From an uncultured virus (IMG/VR IMGVR_UViG_3300008107_000123) (lineage: Duplodnaviria; Heunggongvirae; Uroviricota; Caudoviricetes), in IMG/VR virus record IMGVR_UViG_3300008107_000123, positions 1-64,000 of that record: a stretch of DNA of 64,000 nt. One strand, given 5' to 3'. The notes beneath the pieces were generated by a model. The model worked only from the letters and a program-made list of their open reading frames with translations, was not told where the DNA came from and did no database searches. A program made the translations under genes and the position numbers. Every line of letters begins with the position of its first letter. Position 1 is the first letter of the stretch. Below, one piece after another: positions 20,034-28,455 of this stretch.

Positions 20034-20864
20034 ATGACACCGCCCCGTAACGCAGTCCAGCGCAGGGGAGGGGGCAGGTTCTACCCGTACCCACTCCATG
20101 CAAGCGAGGACGAGCAGAAGCAGTACCCGTCATCGACGTCGGCGACGAGCATGTGGCCGAAGCCGTGGGCTATGCCGTGGGCGTCCAAGATGGCAGCAGA
20201 ACGTGCCATTGAACTCCACAAGAGCGGTGGCCTTGAAGCCCTGCTTCAGCAGGACGACAAGGTTGCGCTTGACGCGATCAAGGGTGCGTTCCGCCACGCC
20301 CGTGACGACGCCGCAATACAGGGGTCGAAGGTTCACGAGGCGTGGGAGGAGTACCTGAAGGACCGGAGCGGGCTCGACGCCATCCGTAAGGGGCTTCCGG
20401 AACTGGCGCTTCTCATGTTCGACGGCATCATGGAACTGACGCTGAAGTACAACGTGGAGTGGGAGCGGTCGGAGCAGACCGCGTACAACCATGACCACGA
20501 GTACGCTGGCACGTTCGACGGCATCGTGACTATGGACACGCCGAACGGCAGGCGTCGCCTGCTCGTTGACATAAAGACTTCAAAGGGTGCAACGCGGGAC
20601 GAGTATGCCGCGCAGTTGTCGTCATACCGCCACGCGACGCACATCATCCATGACGACGGCACCGAAGAGCCTATGCCTTCGGTCGATGGATGCGTAATCT
20701 TTCACGTGCGACCGGACGAGGCGCACGTGATTCCCGTGAACACCGACGAAGAGGTGTTCGCTGGGTTCCTCGTCTGCTTGCAAATGCTCCGAGTGAGCAA
20801 GAGCGACAGGCAACTTTTCTGGCCTCCACTTCCGGAGCCAGAGGCAGAAACAGGAGACAGGTAG
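20034..20864 (+). CDS. PD-(D/E)XK exonuclease (Cas4/RecE-like)
   Basis: GSKVH, YAGTFDG, LVDIKTS and QLSSY motifs. Confidence 0.85.
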   Translation: MTPPRNAVQRRGGGRFYPYPLHASEDEQKQYPSSTSATSMWPKPWAMPWASKMAAERAIELHKSGGLEALLQQDDKVALDAIKGAFRHARDDAAIQGSKVHEAWEEYLKDRSGLDAIRKGLPELALLMFDGIMELTLKYNVEWERSEQTAYNHDHEYAGTFDGIVTMDTPNGRRRLLVDIKTSKGATRDEYAAQLSSYRHATHIIHDDGTEEPMPSVDGCVIFHVRPDEAHVIPVNTDEEVFAGFLVCLQMLRVSKSDRQLFWPPLPEPEAETGDR

Positions 20865-20865
20865 A

Positions 20866-21330
20866 ATGGGTATCAGTGATGAGCAGTTGGCCGCTATGCA
20901 GGCAGAGGCGCGTGCCTCGTCTGGCGGCGGCACCTACGTCATCCTTGACGATGAGGGTGACTTCGTGGCAGGCACCGTGACCGGCATCTTCGAGGAGGAG
21001 ACTTCCTTCGGAGAGGTGGAGGAGGTCGGGCTCACCGACATCCGCACCCGGTACGGTGCGCTTGACGGAGAGCGCAGGCTTCGCCTGTCCCGCTCCGTGC
21101 TGAAGCGCGAACTCGGTTCCGAGTGCGAGAACGGCGCAGTCAAGGCAGGGCAGTCGGTCTACGTGGAGTACCACGGAGAGGCCACGTCCAAGCAGGGGCG
21201 TCAGTTCCACCGGTACACGGTCAAGAGGTTCGACGCAATCCCCGAGGCAGCAAGCGTTCCCTCCCCGACGCCTGATGACGTCAAGGAGAAGATCAAGGCT
21301 GAACTCGGCGGAGAGGAAATCCCTTTCTAG
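20866..21330 (+). CDS. Single-stranded DNA-binding protein (putative)
   Basis: Follows the nuclease; acidic tail ending EEIPF. Confidence 0.65.
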   Translation: MGISDEQLAAMQAEARASSGGGTYVILDDEGDFVAGTVTGIFEEETSFGEVEEVGLTDIRTRYGALDGERRLRLSRSVLKRELGSECENGAVKAGQSVYVEYHGEATSKQGRQFHRYTVKRFDAIPEAASVPSPTPDDVKEKIKAELGGEEIPF

Positions 21331-21331
21331 G

Positions 21332-21553
21332 GTGACCCCGTTCGGGTGGACACCCGAGGGGACGGCTACGTGGCAGGTAGCGAACCAAGCGCTGCGTGAC
21401 TACATAGCCAGTACTGCAAACCCCCCCTGTCCGTGGTGCTACGGGCAGGGGGGGTTCTTTCGTAGGAGCGAGATAACTTCCGGGCACCTGTTCGTACTGT
21501 GCGAGGGATGCTTCGGGAAGGGGACGTGGGTGAGCGGAGATGCCGCACCTTGA
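21332..21553 (+). CDS. Small zinc-finger protein
   Basis: CPWCYGQG and CEGCFGKG (CxxCxGxG twice); GTG start at 21332. Confidence 0.6.
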   Translation: MTPFGWTPEGTATWQVANQALRDYIASTANPPCPWCYGQGGFFRRSEITSGHLFVLCEGCFGKGTWVSGDAAP

Positions 21554-21773
21554 TGTAATCGACGAACTGAACCGTGTCAGAGACGCTCTTCTGAAGCAGA
21601 TCACGAGCCACGCCGGAAAGCGCGGCTCGTCTCTTCTTACAGACTTCGTGTCAAGAGAGTTCGCAGAACTCATCGCGCACGTTGACGAAGAGCGGCGCGA
21701 ATGGGAGAGTGTCCTGAACTTTCTCATGGAGCGTGAAAACGAGGAGGACGACAAGCGTGAACGACCAGCATGA
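21540..21773 (+). CDS. Hypothetical protein
   Basis: Overlap-coupled ORF in the replication operon. Confidence 0.5.
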   Translation: MPHLDVIDELNRVRDALLKQITSHAGKRGSSLLTDFVSREFAELIAHVDEERREWESVLNFLMERENEEDDKRERPA

Positions 21774-22221
21774 GACTTGGGGCATAGATGTATCGCCGAC
21801 GCGCATCGCAATCGCCGTCTATTCGGAGAGCGGTAAGCGTTGGGCCAAGACGTATCCGCTGAACAAGAGCGACGACCAGTACGGCGCGATACGCGACGCA
21901 CTACTTGACGCCCGCAACCACAACGAAGAGCCAACCGATGTGTGCATCGAGCAGCCAGCGCTTCCGTTCGTACGCGCTGCGTACATGGCCGGTGCTGTAT
22001 GCGCACGGACGCAGGACGCAGTGTTCGGTCGCTGGCCCCACGTGATTATCCGCTGGATGCAGCCGTCGGAGTGGCGCAAGATCGCGGGTATCGGAGGGCG
22101 TGCGACGAAGGACGAAGTGATGGCGTGGTCTTTCGACGAGGGGTTCACGCCAGACGACCAAGACCAAGCAGACGCATCGGCAATCGCATACGCGAGGCAC
22201 GTAGAGATACATGAGGTGTAG
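21757..22221 (+). CDS. RuvC-like Holliday junction resolvase
   Basis: WGID, CIEQP, ATKDEV and DQADAxAIA catalytic pattern. Confidence 0.8.
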   Translation: MNDQHETWGIDVSPTRIAIAVYSESGKRWAKTYPLNKSDDQYGAIRDALLDARNHNEEPTDVCIEQPALPFVRAAYMAGAVCARTQDAVFGRWPHVIIRWMQPSEWRKIAGIGGRATKDEVMAWSFDEGFTPDDQDQADASAIAYARHVEIHEV

Positions 22222-22223
22222 AG

Positions 22224-22700
22224 GTGGACGACGTAAGAGAATGGGCCTTGCGCTACGCAGGGCGGGGATGGAAGGTCATCCCGCTTCATGGGATAGATGA
22301 CGACAACAACTGCACGTGCAGGCTGAAGGGCGAGTGTGACAGCCCGGGTAAGCACCCGTACTGGCGCGACTGGCCGAACAAGGCGAGCGACGACCCAGAG
22401 CAGATTGCTATGTGGTTCGACGGGACTACGCCGAGGAACATCGGCATCGTGTGCGGAGCGTCGAACCTCGTGGTGATCGACATCGACGACGAGGGCGGCG
22501 AGGCGATGGTTCTCCCGCTTATGGAGGTCGGGATAATCCCCGCCTGCCCGCAGGTTCGTACTCGCAGGGGCGTTCACCTGTACCTGACAGGGAGCGTGCC
22601 CGCTGCGAAGTTGCGTGGCATCGACATCAAGAGCGGTAACGGTTTCGTGGTGGCACCGCCGTCACGACGTGTGGATGGCGGGTACTACGAATGGGTGTGA
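22224..22700 (+). CDS. Bifunctional primase-polymerase (Prim-Pol) domain
   Basis: ALRYAGRGWKVIPL, PGKHP, NIGI, LVVIDID, GVHLY and GFVVAPPS motifs. Confidence 0.88.
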   Translation: MDDVREWALRYAGRGWKVIPLHGIDDDNNCTCRLKGECDSPGKHPYWRDWPNKASDDPEQIAMWFDGTTPRNIGIVCGASNLVVIDIDDEGGEAMVLPLMEVGIIPACPQVRTRRGVHLYLTGSVPAAKLRGIDIKSGNGFVVAPPSRRVDGGYYEWV

Positions 22701-24145
22701 CCGACCACGCTGTTCCGTGGGACAGCGGAACACCAGACGTGACAGACGAACTCGCCCGTTGGATTTGGGCAGAGTCGGGGACAGAGAGGCAGACACGCGA
22801 CCGCGTTGACGGGGCGACCATCACGTACCCCGGGAGGAACAACGCGCTCGCATCGCTCGGCGGCTCGATGCGTAGGCGTGGCATGAGCCAGCCGGAGATT
22901 GAGGCTGCGTTGATAACTGTCAACGCCACACGTGTTGAGCCGCCGCTTGACGAGTCAGACGTTCGGCGCATCGCAAAGTCGGTGTCCCGCTATCAGGCTG
23001 GCGATGACGTCCTGAAGATGGTTGAGCGTGGGCAACACGACCCCGTGTTCGACGACGGAGAGACGGGCGGAACGTCGCTCAGGACGGTGACGCTGAAGGA
23101 GATAGCGGACCTGCCCGACCCGGGATACAAGGAGATACTCGGGCCGCTTGTCTACCGTGGGCTACGCACGCTGGTCGGAGCAGCGACGGGAGAAGGAAAG
23201 ACAACGCTCGTCATGTGGATGATCCGCGCAATCGTGAAGGGCGAGGTTTTCCTTGACTGGCAAGGGCTCGGGCCTGACGAGGAGGGCAAGCCGCCAAGCA
23301 TCCTCATCGTCGATGCGGAGCAGTCGATACCTGACATCCAGCGCCTTGCCGACGAGACGGGGCTGGAGGACTGCGAGGACATCCACTACCTGCACGTGCC
23401 CGATGGGCTCCACCTCGGAGACTCGTCAGACGATGCTCTCCAACTGGAGCGCATCATTGAGCAGATGCGACCGGACGTTGTTGTCGTTGACCCCGCCTAT
23501 AAGGTCGCTTCGATCGACAGCAACAACGAGCGTGAGGTCGTGGACTTGATGCGCCTCTTCGACAGGTGGAGGGACGAGTACGGGTTCGCGTTCATCATGC
23601 CCGTGCATACGCGCAAGGGTGACAAGAAGAACCCGAGCGGACAGCCCACGCTTGACGACATCTTCGGGAGCGGCGCGTTCAGCCGTGGCGCGGAGGTTAT
23701 CCTCGGACTAAGGATGGGTGACCCCGGCTACTCGCGTATGTACGTATGGAAGCACAGGCCCGGCGGGTTGCAGAAGAACACGTTTGTGGACATGGCTTTC
23801 GACAGGGATGTGGGCTTCACTCGCATCATGCGAGAGGAAGCATCGACGACACTCGGTGTTGTCGAGGCGTTCCTTCAGCGGCAACACGGGCAGGGTCTAC
23901 CCGGAGTCACGTATCAGACTGTCGCCGACGCAACTGGCTACGCAATCGGGAACCTCCGCAAGGTTGTCTCGCAGAGCGGTGGCCGCGTAAGGGCAGACAA
24001 GGTTCCCGGTTTCGGGAACAAGAAGTTGGTGATGCTACGCGAGGACTTGCGCGTTGCGGACGACGAGTACGATAGGTACCAATCTCTCGTATTGGAGGTG
24101 AACGAGACAGATGCCACGGAAACGAACGAGCCCGAGCAAGACTGA
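22691..24145 (+). CDS. PriCT-1 domain plus RecA-family (AAA_25/RepA-like) helicase
   Basis: GRNNALASLGGSMRRRG...PPLDESDV; Walker A GEGKTT; VVVVDP; HTRK. Confidence 0.85.
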   Translation: MGVTDHAVPWDSGTPDVTDELARWIWAESGTERQTRDRVDGATITYPGRNNALASLGGSMRRRGMSQPEIEAALITVNATRVEPPLDESDVRRIAKSVSRYQAGDDVLKMVERGQHDPVFDDGETGGTSLRTVTLKEIADLPDPGYKEILGPLVYRGLRTLVGAATGEGKTTLVMWMIRAIVKGEVFLDWQGLGPDEEGKPPSILIVDAEQSIPDIQRLADETGLEDCEDIHYLHVPDGLHLGDSSDDALQLERIIEQMRPDVVVVDPAYKVASIDSNNEREVVDLMRLFDRWRDEYGFAFIMPVHTRKGDKKNPSGQPTLDDIFGSGAFSRGAEVILGLRMGDPGYSRMYVWKHRPGGLQKNTFVDMAFDRDVGFTRIMREEASTTLGVVEAFLQRQHGQGLPGVTYQTVADATGYAIGNLRKVVSQSGGRVRADKVPGFGNKKLVMLREDLRVADDEYDRYQSLVLEVNETDATETNEPEQD

Positions 24146-24563
24146 CCTTCCCGCCGAGAGGGCGGTGAAGGCGATGACCGTGAGCGAGGCGTACCGGATG
24201 CGCTGCGAAGGTCAGGACTACGTTGAGATCGCAAAGGCGCTGAAGATACGCGGCGGCTGGGTCGAGGCTCATCGCCTTGTGATGGAGCATTACGGTGAAC
24301 TCGTCGCCAACACGGACAAGCAGGCGCTACGTGAGCGTGAGGCAGGTCGCATGATGGAGTTACGCGCAGCGATCGAGGCTGACGTTCGCAGGGGTGAGAA
24401 GTGGGCTATCGAGACTGACCTGAAACTGACCGAGCAGATAGGGAAGTTCATGGGGCTGTCAGAGGGAAGCGGCGGCGGCGGTGCCACTGCTGCGATACAG
24501 GTGAACATCACCCCGCCGTGGGGGCAGGAACCCCACGTTGACGTCGAGATAGACGAAACGTAA
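24111..24563 (+). CDS. Putative terminase small subunit
   Basis: N-terminal HTH (YVEIAKAL) followed by helices ending GEKWAI..LKL.EQIGKFMGL, a layout resembling actinophage TerS. Confidence 0.55.
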   Translation: MPRKRTSPSKTDLPAERAVKAMTVSEAYRMRCEGQDYVEIAKALKIRGGWVEAHRLVMEHYGELVANTDKQALREREAGRMMELRAAIEADVRRGEKWAIETDLKLTEQIGKFMGLSEGSGGGGATAAIQVNITPPWGQEPHVDVEIDET

Positions 24564-24590
24564 CCCGCGTTCCCGCGTAGGGAAAAGGGC

Positions 24591-24642
24591 AAAAAAAGGG
24601 CAAAAAAAGGGGCGACGCCGGAGTGGTATCGGCGTCGCCCCT
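24591..24642 (-). terminator. Intrinsic terminator ending the minus-strand early region
   Basis: 13-bp stem aggggcgacgccg/cggcgtcgcccct followed on the minus strand by two T7 runs. Confidence 0.85.
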
Positions 24643-24798
24643 ATGTGTGTCAGGTCCGTCGATGCCCGGCCACCCTGACTGCGGCCGGAAGTACCGTATG
24701 TACCCGCCGGGCTATGTAACCGGCGGACGGCTAGGCGTTGGGAGTCGAACGGCTGCTCCCGGCACTCGGGGCACTACTGCCCGGTGCCAACTGCGAGG
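24643..24798 (-). ncRNA. Candidate structured RNA (multi-stem junction plus pseudoknot)
   Basis: Non-coding; several nested GC stems; loop GUCAGG complementary to downstream CCUGAC. Confidence 0.4.
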
Positions 24799-25020
24799 CT
24801 AGGTGGAACCGCCACCGTTGTCAAGCGACTGCCGTTCCTCCACGATGAAGGCGTCGTCCCTGCGCTCACGCCTCCACTCGGGCTCGGGGTTGTACACCTC
24901 GCGCCTGAACTTCGACCGCTCCTTCACGGTCATGGAAGCCCAGCACGGGTTGCAGAACTCGCCCCGGTTGAAGCGTGACATCGGGCCACGGCACCGCCAG
25001 CACTTACGACTTTCGCTCAC
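24799..25020 (-). CDS. Small zinc-finger protein
   Basis: CWRC...CNPC. Confidence 0.55.
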   Translation of the reverse strand: MSESRKCWRCRGPMSRFNRGEFCNPCWASMTVKERSKFRREVYNPEPEWRRERRDDAFIVEERQSLDNGGGST

Positions 25021-25216
25021 GTAGATCCTCTATGCGTACACGTGTAGTCCACGTCGGGAGGTCACCGCCCCCCGTCTCTACCGTTGCCCACTTCGCGGCA
25101 ACACCGATGAGGCGAGCATAACGCCAGCGTGAGTGCTTGTCACGCCAGCGAACGACGGGATCATCCGATCCCATCGCAGCGATAGCCTCATCACGGGTCA
25201 CGGCGATACCGGCCAT
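25004..25216 (-). CDS. Hypothetical protein
   Basis: Overlap-coupled to both neighbours. Confidence 0.5.
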   Translation of the reverse strand: MAGIAVTRDEAIAAMGSDDPVVRWRDKHSRWRYARLIGVAAKWATVETGGGDLPTWTTRVRIEDLRERKS

Positions 25217-25614
25217 ACGTACGGGAGGTTGTCCGGTACGTCAGGAAACTTGGGTCCGTAATACGTGGGGTCTTTGCGGATGAGGTTCGACTGGTGCGAA
25301 CGGTGGAACTCGGGGTTGCCGATCCACGGGGGCACGACAGCCGGACCATCGGGCAAAGCCTCCACGAATCGGTCAAGCATCGTGTCGTTGTACCCACGCT
25401 GCATCCATGCCACGCAGCATGTGACCCCGTAAAGAATGAGCGCATGGTCGTACCCCCTCCACATGTTGACTGCCGGATGGTGCTGCCACCCGTAACTCGG
25501 GTCGCTTATCGCACGCATAATCTGGAAAGCCTCGACTCGCTGCTTGCCCAGTCGCTTGTTGTCCAGTGACGTAACGCTGCTAGTGAAGTCGTCGAACGGG
25601 AGAAACGTCTGCAT
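25198..25614 (-). CDS. Pyrimidine-dimer DNA glycosylase / endonuclease V-like protein (MSMEG_6728-like)
   Basis: Start MQTFLP after an AGGAGG RBS; LDNKRLGKQRVEAFQI, HHPAVNMWRGY, HRSHQSNLIRKD and LPYVWP motifs. Confidence 0.85.
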   Translation of the reverse strand: MQTFLPFDDFTSSVTSLDNKRLGKQRVEAFQIMRAISDPSYGWQHHPAVNMWRGYDHALILYGVTCCVAWMQRGYNDTMLDRFVEALPDGPAVVPPWIGNPEFHRSHQSNLIRKDPTYYGPKFPDVPDNLPYVWPVSP

Positions 25615-25622
25615 CTCTCCTC

Positions 25623-26093
25623 CTAACCGTTGATGTAGCACGAGGCTGCGCCCCATGCGTGGATACCGTAACGAAGCCGAACTCTCTCCGCAACAAGGGT
25701 CTGCTCCTGCCACGTCATGCTCCCGGCGTCGCCCCCGTAGGGGTGGCCGACGCTCTGGTGCGTCGTGTAGTAGAGGCCGTACGCACCCTGCCACTTCCAT
25801 CCGCTCGGGGTGCTGAAGCGCACCCCCGCATACCCCCCGCCGTATCCTGCCTCGCACCTACCGAGGGCGAGGAACTTGCGGATGTTGACTCCACGCACAC
25901 GGAGGTCACGCGCTGTCGGGTTGGTCGGCCACGCCTGCGCGTCCCTCCTCCCCCTTTCTTTGTGCGCCCTTAGGCATTGCGCCTTAGACACTGACGTTGC
26001 CGATGTGTGGTTCTCGCACGGCTTCGCATCTGCGAATCCATACGACACGAAACCCGACGCGCATACCGCTGCGACTGCGATGAACTTCTTCAC
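25623..26093 (-). CDS. Secreted resuscitation-promoting-factor (Rpf)-like transglycosylase
   Basis: Signal peptide MKKFIAVAAV...ADA; LGRCEAG; QEQTLVAERVRLRYGIHAW...C matches the Rpf domain pattern. Confidence 0.7.
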   Translation of the reverse strand: MKKFIAVAAVCASGFVSYGFADAKPCENHTSATSVSKAQCLRAHKERGRRDAQAWPTNPTARDLRVRGVNIRKFLALGRCEAGYGGGYAGVRFSTPSGWKWQGAYGLYYTTHQSVGHPYGGDAGSMTWQEQTLVAERVRLRYGIHAWGAASCYING

Positions 26094-26368
26094 GACTTGC
26101 CCTCCTCGCTCTTGACCGGGAACCCTGACAGCACCAGCACCCCTACGTAGGGAAGGCAGGCTTCGTGCGCCACCTGATCTGGCGTCATCCCGCTTTCGAT
26201 TGCGTCACGGACTGCACGAATCAACTCTCCTCTCGCCGACATAACCGCTCCGTGCACCACGTACGGGTCGCCCCCCTCGTGCGTGTTGGCCAGCGTGCCC
26301 CACATCTCGTTAGCCGCGCTCGCCTTACGGAGTCGCGCAATGTGCTCGTTGTTCATCGTTATCTCCAA
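26090..26368 (-). CDS. Hypothetical protein with C-terminal HTH-like segment
   Basis: AVRDAIESGMTPDQVAHEA. Confidence 0.5.
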   Translation of the reverse strand: MEITMNNEHIARLRKASAANEMWGTLANTHEGGDPYVVHGAVMSARGELIRAVRDAIESGMTPDQVAHEACLPYVGVLVLSGFPVKSEEGKS

Positions 26369-26382
26369 TCGTTCGTCGATAC

Positions 26383-26417
26383 CGGGGCTCGGGACGGGTG
26401 TCCCGAGCCCCGCTTTT
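26383..26417. terminator. Perfect 13-bp intergenic hairpin
   Basis: cggggctcgggac-gggt-gtcccgagccccg; a T run follows only on the plus strand. Confidence 0.5.
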
Positions 26418-26429
26418 CCGTTGCTATCC

Positions 26430-28433
26430 CTAATGAGCCCGCATCATCGAGCGAATCAGGTCGCCGAGGACGCGCGGGATTGCGGCGAGGTCACGCGCCG
26501 TCGAGTAGAACTCGTGGTAGTCAGGGACGACGGGCTGAAGCCCGACCTTCCGTGAGATACCGATCCCGCCCGTGATGATGCCGTTCTTACGGGCGATGTC
26601 GATCTCCTCGGCCACCGTGTGCCTGTTGTTCGGGTGCCCGTCCGTGAGTACCACGATGAGAGGCTGCTCCGCACCACGGTTGAGCGATGCGTTGCGTGCC
26701 CAGATGATGCCGCTCGTCTCGTCCGTGCCACCCCCCGAACCCATCGACACGTGGTCGAGCAGCCGGTAGAAGGAACCGTGCTGACGCGCTGTCGCGTCGA
26801 ACGGGATAGCGGCGATCGGGCCGTGCCCCCCATACGCCGCAACCGCAACGTCCAGCCCGTGTATGCCCTCGCTCGCTCGCTTGATCGAAAGACCGGCGTT
26901 GGCAATCGCGTTACCGCATGCGCCACGTACGGAACTTGACGCATCGAGCAGAAGCACGAGAGAGAAGTCTCGTGCGCCACGTGGACCCTGCTTGGTGCGG
27001 AACACACGTGTGTCGCCGAGCGCAAGCCTGCTCGAACTCTTGACGTCGAACGAACCGCGCCGCCTGCGACCAGCGTACGAACCGTCTGCGTTGTGCTGAA
27101 GCACACGGTTCAGTTGCGATCGGACAACGCGAGACGTCGTTACGACAGCGTTCTCACGCCCGTTGACGTCGTATGACTGCCCCTCATGGCCGATGAAAGA
27201 ACCGTCCATGAAGGCGTCGTGCGTGTCGCGCGGTGCACGCTCGATGTCCTGCCGCTCCTTATCCCACTCACCACGTGGACGGTCGGGGCGCATGGGCTCG
27301 TCGTCATCGTCGTCCAACACGCCGTCGCCACCCTCAACGCCGCCGTGGCTGGTGCCGCTCTCCGTTGAGTCGCCGCCACCCTCGCCGCCGCCACCGTCGT
27401 CGCCACCGTTGCCACCCTCCTGCTCGCTGTCGCCTTCCTCCTGCTGCTCCTCTCCGTCCTCTCCGTCGCTCTCCTCGTCGTCGTTACCCTCCTGCTCGTC
27501 GCCGCCGACGCCAGCCTGCTCGTCGCCGTCGTCGTCCTGCTCCTGCTCACCCCCGTTACCGCCCTGCTCGCCACCCTCCTGCTCGCCACCCTCCTGCTCG
27601 CCACCCTCCTGCTCGTCGCCGTCCTCCTTGCGCTCGTCGTCATCCGGCTCGCCGCCACCGCCACCGCCGCCACCAACGGGCGGGAAGAGCGGCTGCATCG
27701 CTACGTAGACGGGCTCCAGCGCATCGAGCAACGCCTGAGTAGACGGCGTGTCGCACGCTGCGAGGAAGTGCGGGAGAGCGTCGTTGAAAGCGGCACGCTC
27801 CAGCCCCGAGAGGCGGGATACGAACTCGTTCGCACGGCTAGGGATGCAGCGTGTCGAGTAGAGAGCGAGCCCCACGTGACGGAGCGCATCCATCTGGTCG
27901 TACTGGTGGACGTTGCCCATAAGCAGGCGCTCGTTCTCAATCGAGCGCAGCGCAGCGAACACGGGAACCTCCTGCTCACCAGCGTCCTCGATACGAACGT
28001 CCTCCGTCATGTTGAGGATGCCGAAGAAGTCCTGCCAATGCGCACGTTCGCACCAGTCGGGGCGCTCAACCCACCCGGTGAAGAGAACGTGGAACAACTC
28101 GTGCAGCAACGTGGTAAGCGCCTCACCACGCATGATCGCTGACATCCCGCCGTGCGACGCCGAGACGGTAAGCGACGACCAATGCACGTGGTACACCTTC
28201 GTGCCCTGCGCACGCTCGATGTCAACGGCCCACGTTCCGCCGACGTTGTGGTGAAGGACGATCCTTGCGTGGTTGCCCAACACCGCGCTTGCGGTGGAGG
28301 CAATCTCACGCTCCGCTGCTGTACGTGCAGCGACAACGGAACCGTACGAGTGACCGAGAAGCGGCTCGCCCCACCGTGCGGGGTCGCTTGCGAGCGTACC
28401 GCCGATGGTCGGTGCCTGTGCCTGTGTAGTCAT
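26430..28433 (-). CDS. vWA-domain protein with N-terminal HExxH domain and acidic linker (CobT-like MoxR partner)
   Basis: Start MTTQAQ; LLHELFH, NxxEDVRIE, D/E/G-rich linker, MIDAS LLLDASSS, GGGT and VVLTDGxP. Confidence 0.85.
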   Translation of the reverse strand: MTTQAQAPTIGGTLASDPARWGEPLLGHSYGSVVAARTAAEREIASTASAVLGNHARIVLHHNVGGTWAVDIERAQGTKVYHVHWSSLTVSASHGGMSAIMRGEALTTLLHELFHVLFTGWVERPDWCERAHWQDFFGILNMTEDVRIEDAGEQEVPVFAALRSIENERLLMGNVHQYDQMDALRHVGLALYSTRCIPSRANEFVSRLSGLERAAFNDALPHFLAACDTPSTQALLDALEPVYVAMQPLFPPVGGGGGGGGEPDDDERKEDGDEQEGGEQEGGEQEGGEQGGNGGEQEQDDDGDEQAGVGGDEQEGNDDEESDGEDGEEQQEEGDSEQEGGNGGDDGGGGEGGGDSTESGTSHGGVEGGDGVLDDDDDEPMRPDRPRGEWDKERQDIERAPRDTHDAFMDGSFIGHEGQSYDVNGRENAVVTTSRVVRSQLNRVLQHNADGSYAGRRRRGSFDVKSSSRLALGDTRVFRTKQGPRGARDFSLVLLLDASSSVRGACGNAIANAGLSIKRASEGIHGLDVAVAAYGGHGPIAAIPFDATARQHGSFYRLLDHVSMGSGGGTDETSGIIWARNASLNRGAEQPLIVVLTDGHPNNRHTVAEEIDIARKNGIITGGIGISRKVGLQPVVPDYHEFYSTARDLAAIPRVLGDLIRSMMRAH
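27563..27615. repeat. 15-bp tandem repeat, 3 copies (encodes EQEGG)
   Basis: gccaccctcctgctc at 27570, 27585 and 27600. Confidence 0.85.
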
Positions 28434-28455
28434 AACTACCTCGCTCTCTGCCTGT

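Noticed and set aside
24735..24795. tRNA gene suggested by GTTCGACTCCC on the minus strand
   Set aside because: No cloverleaf with D-arm and anticodon arm could be built
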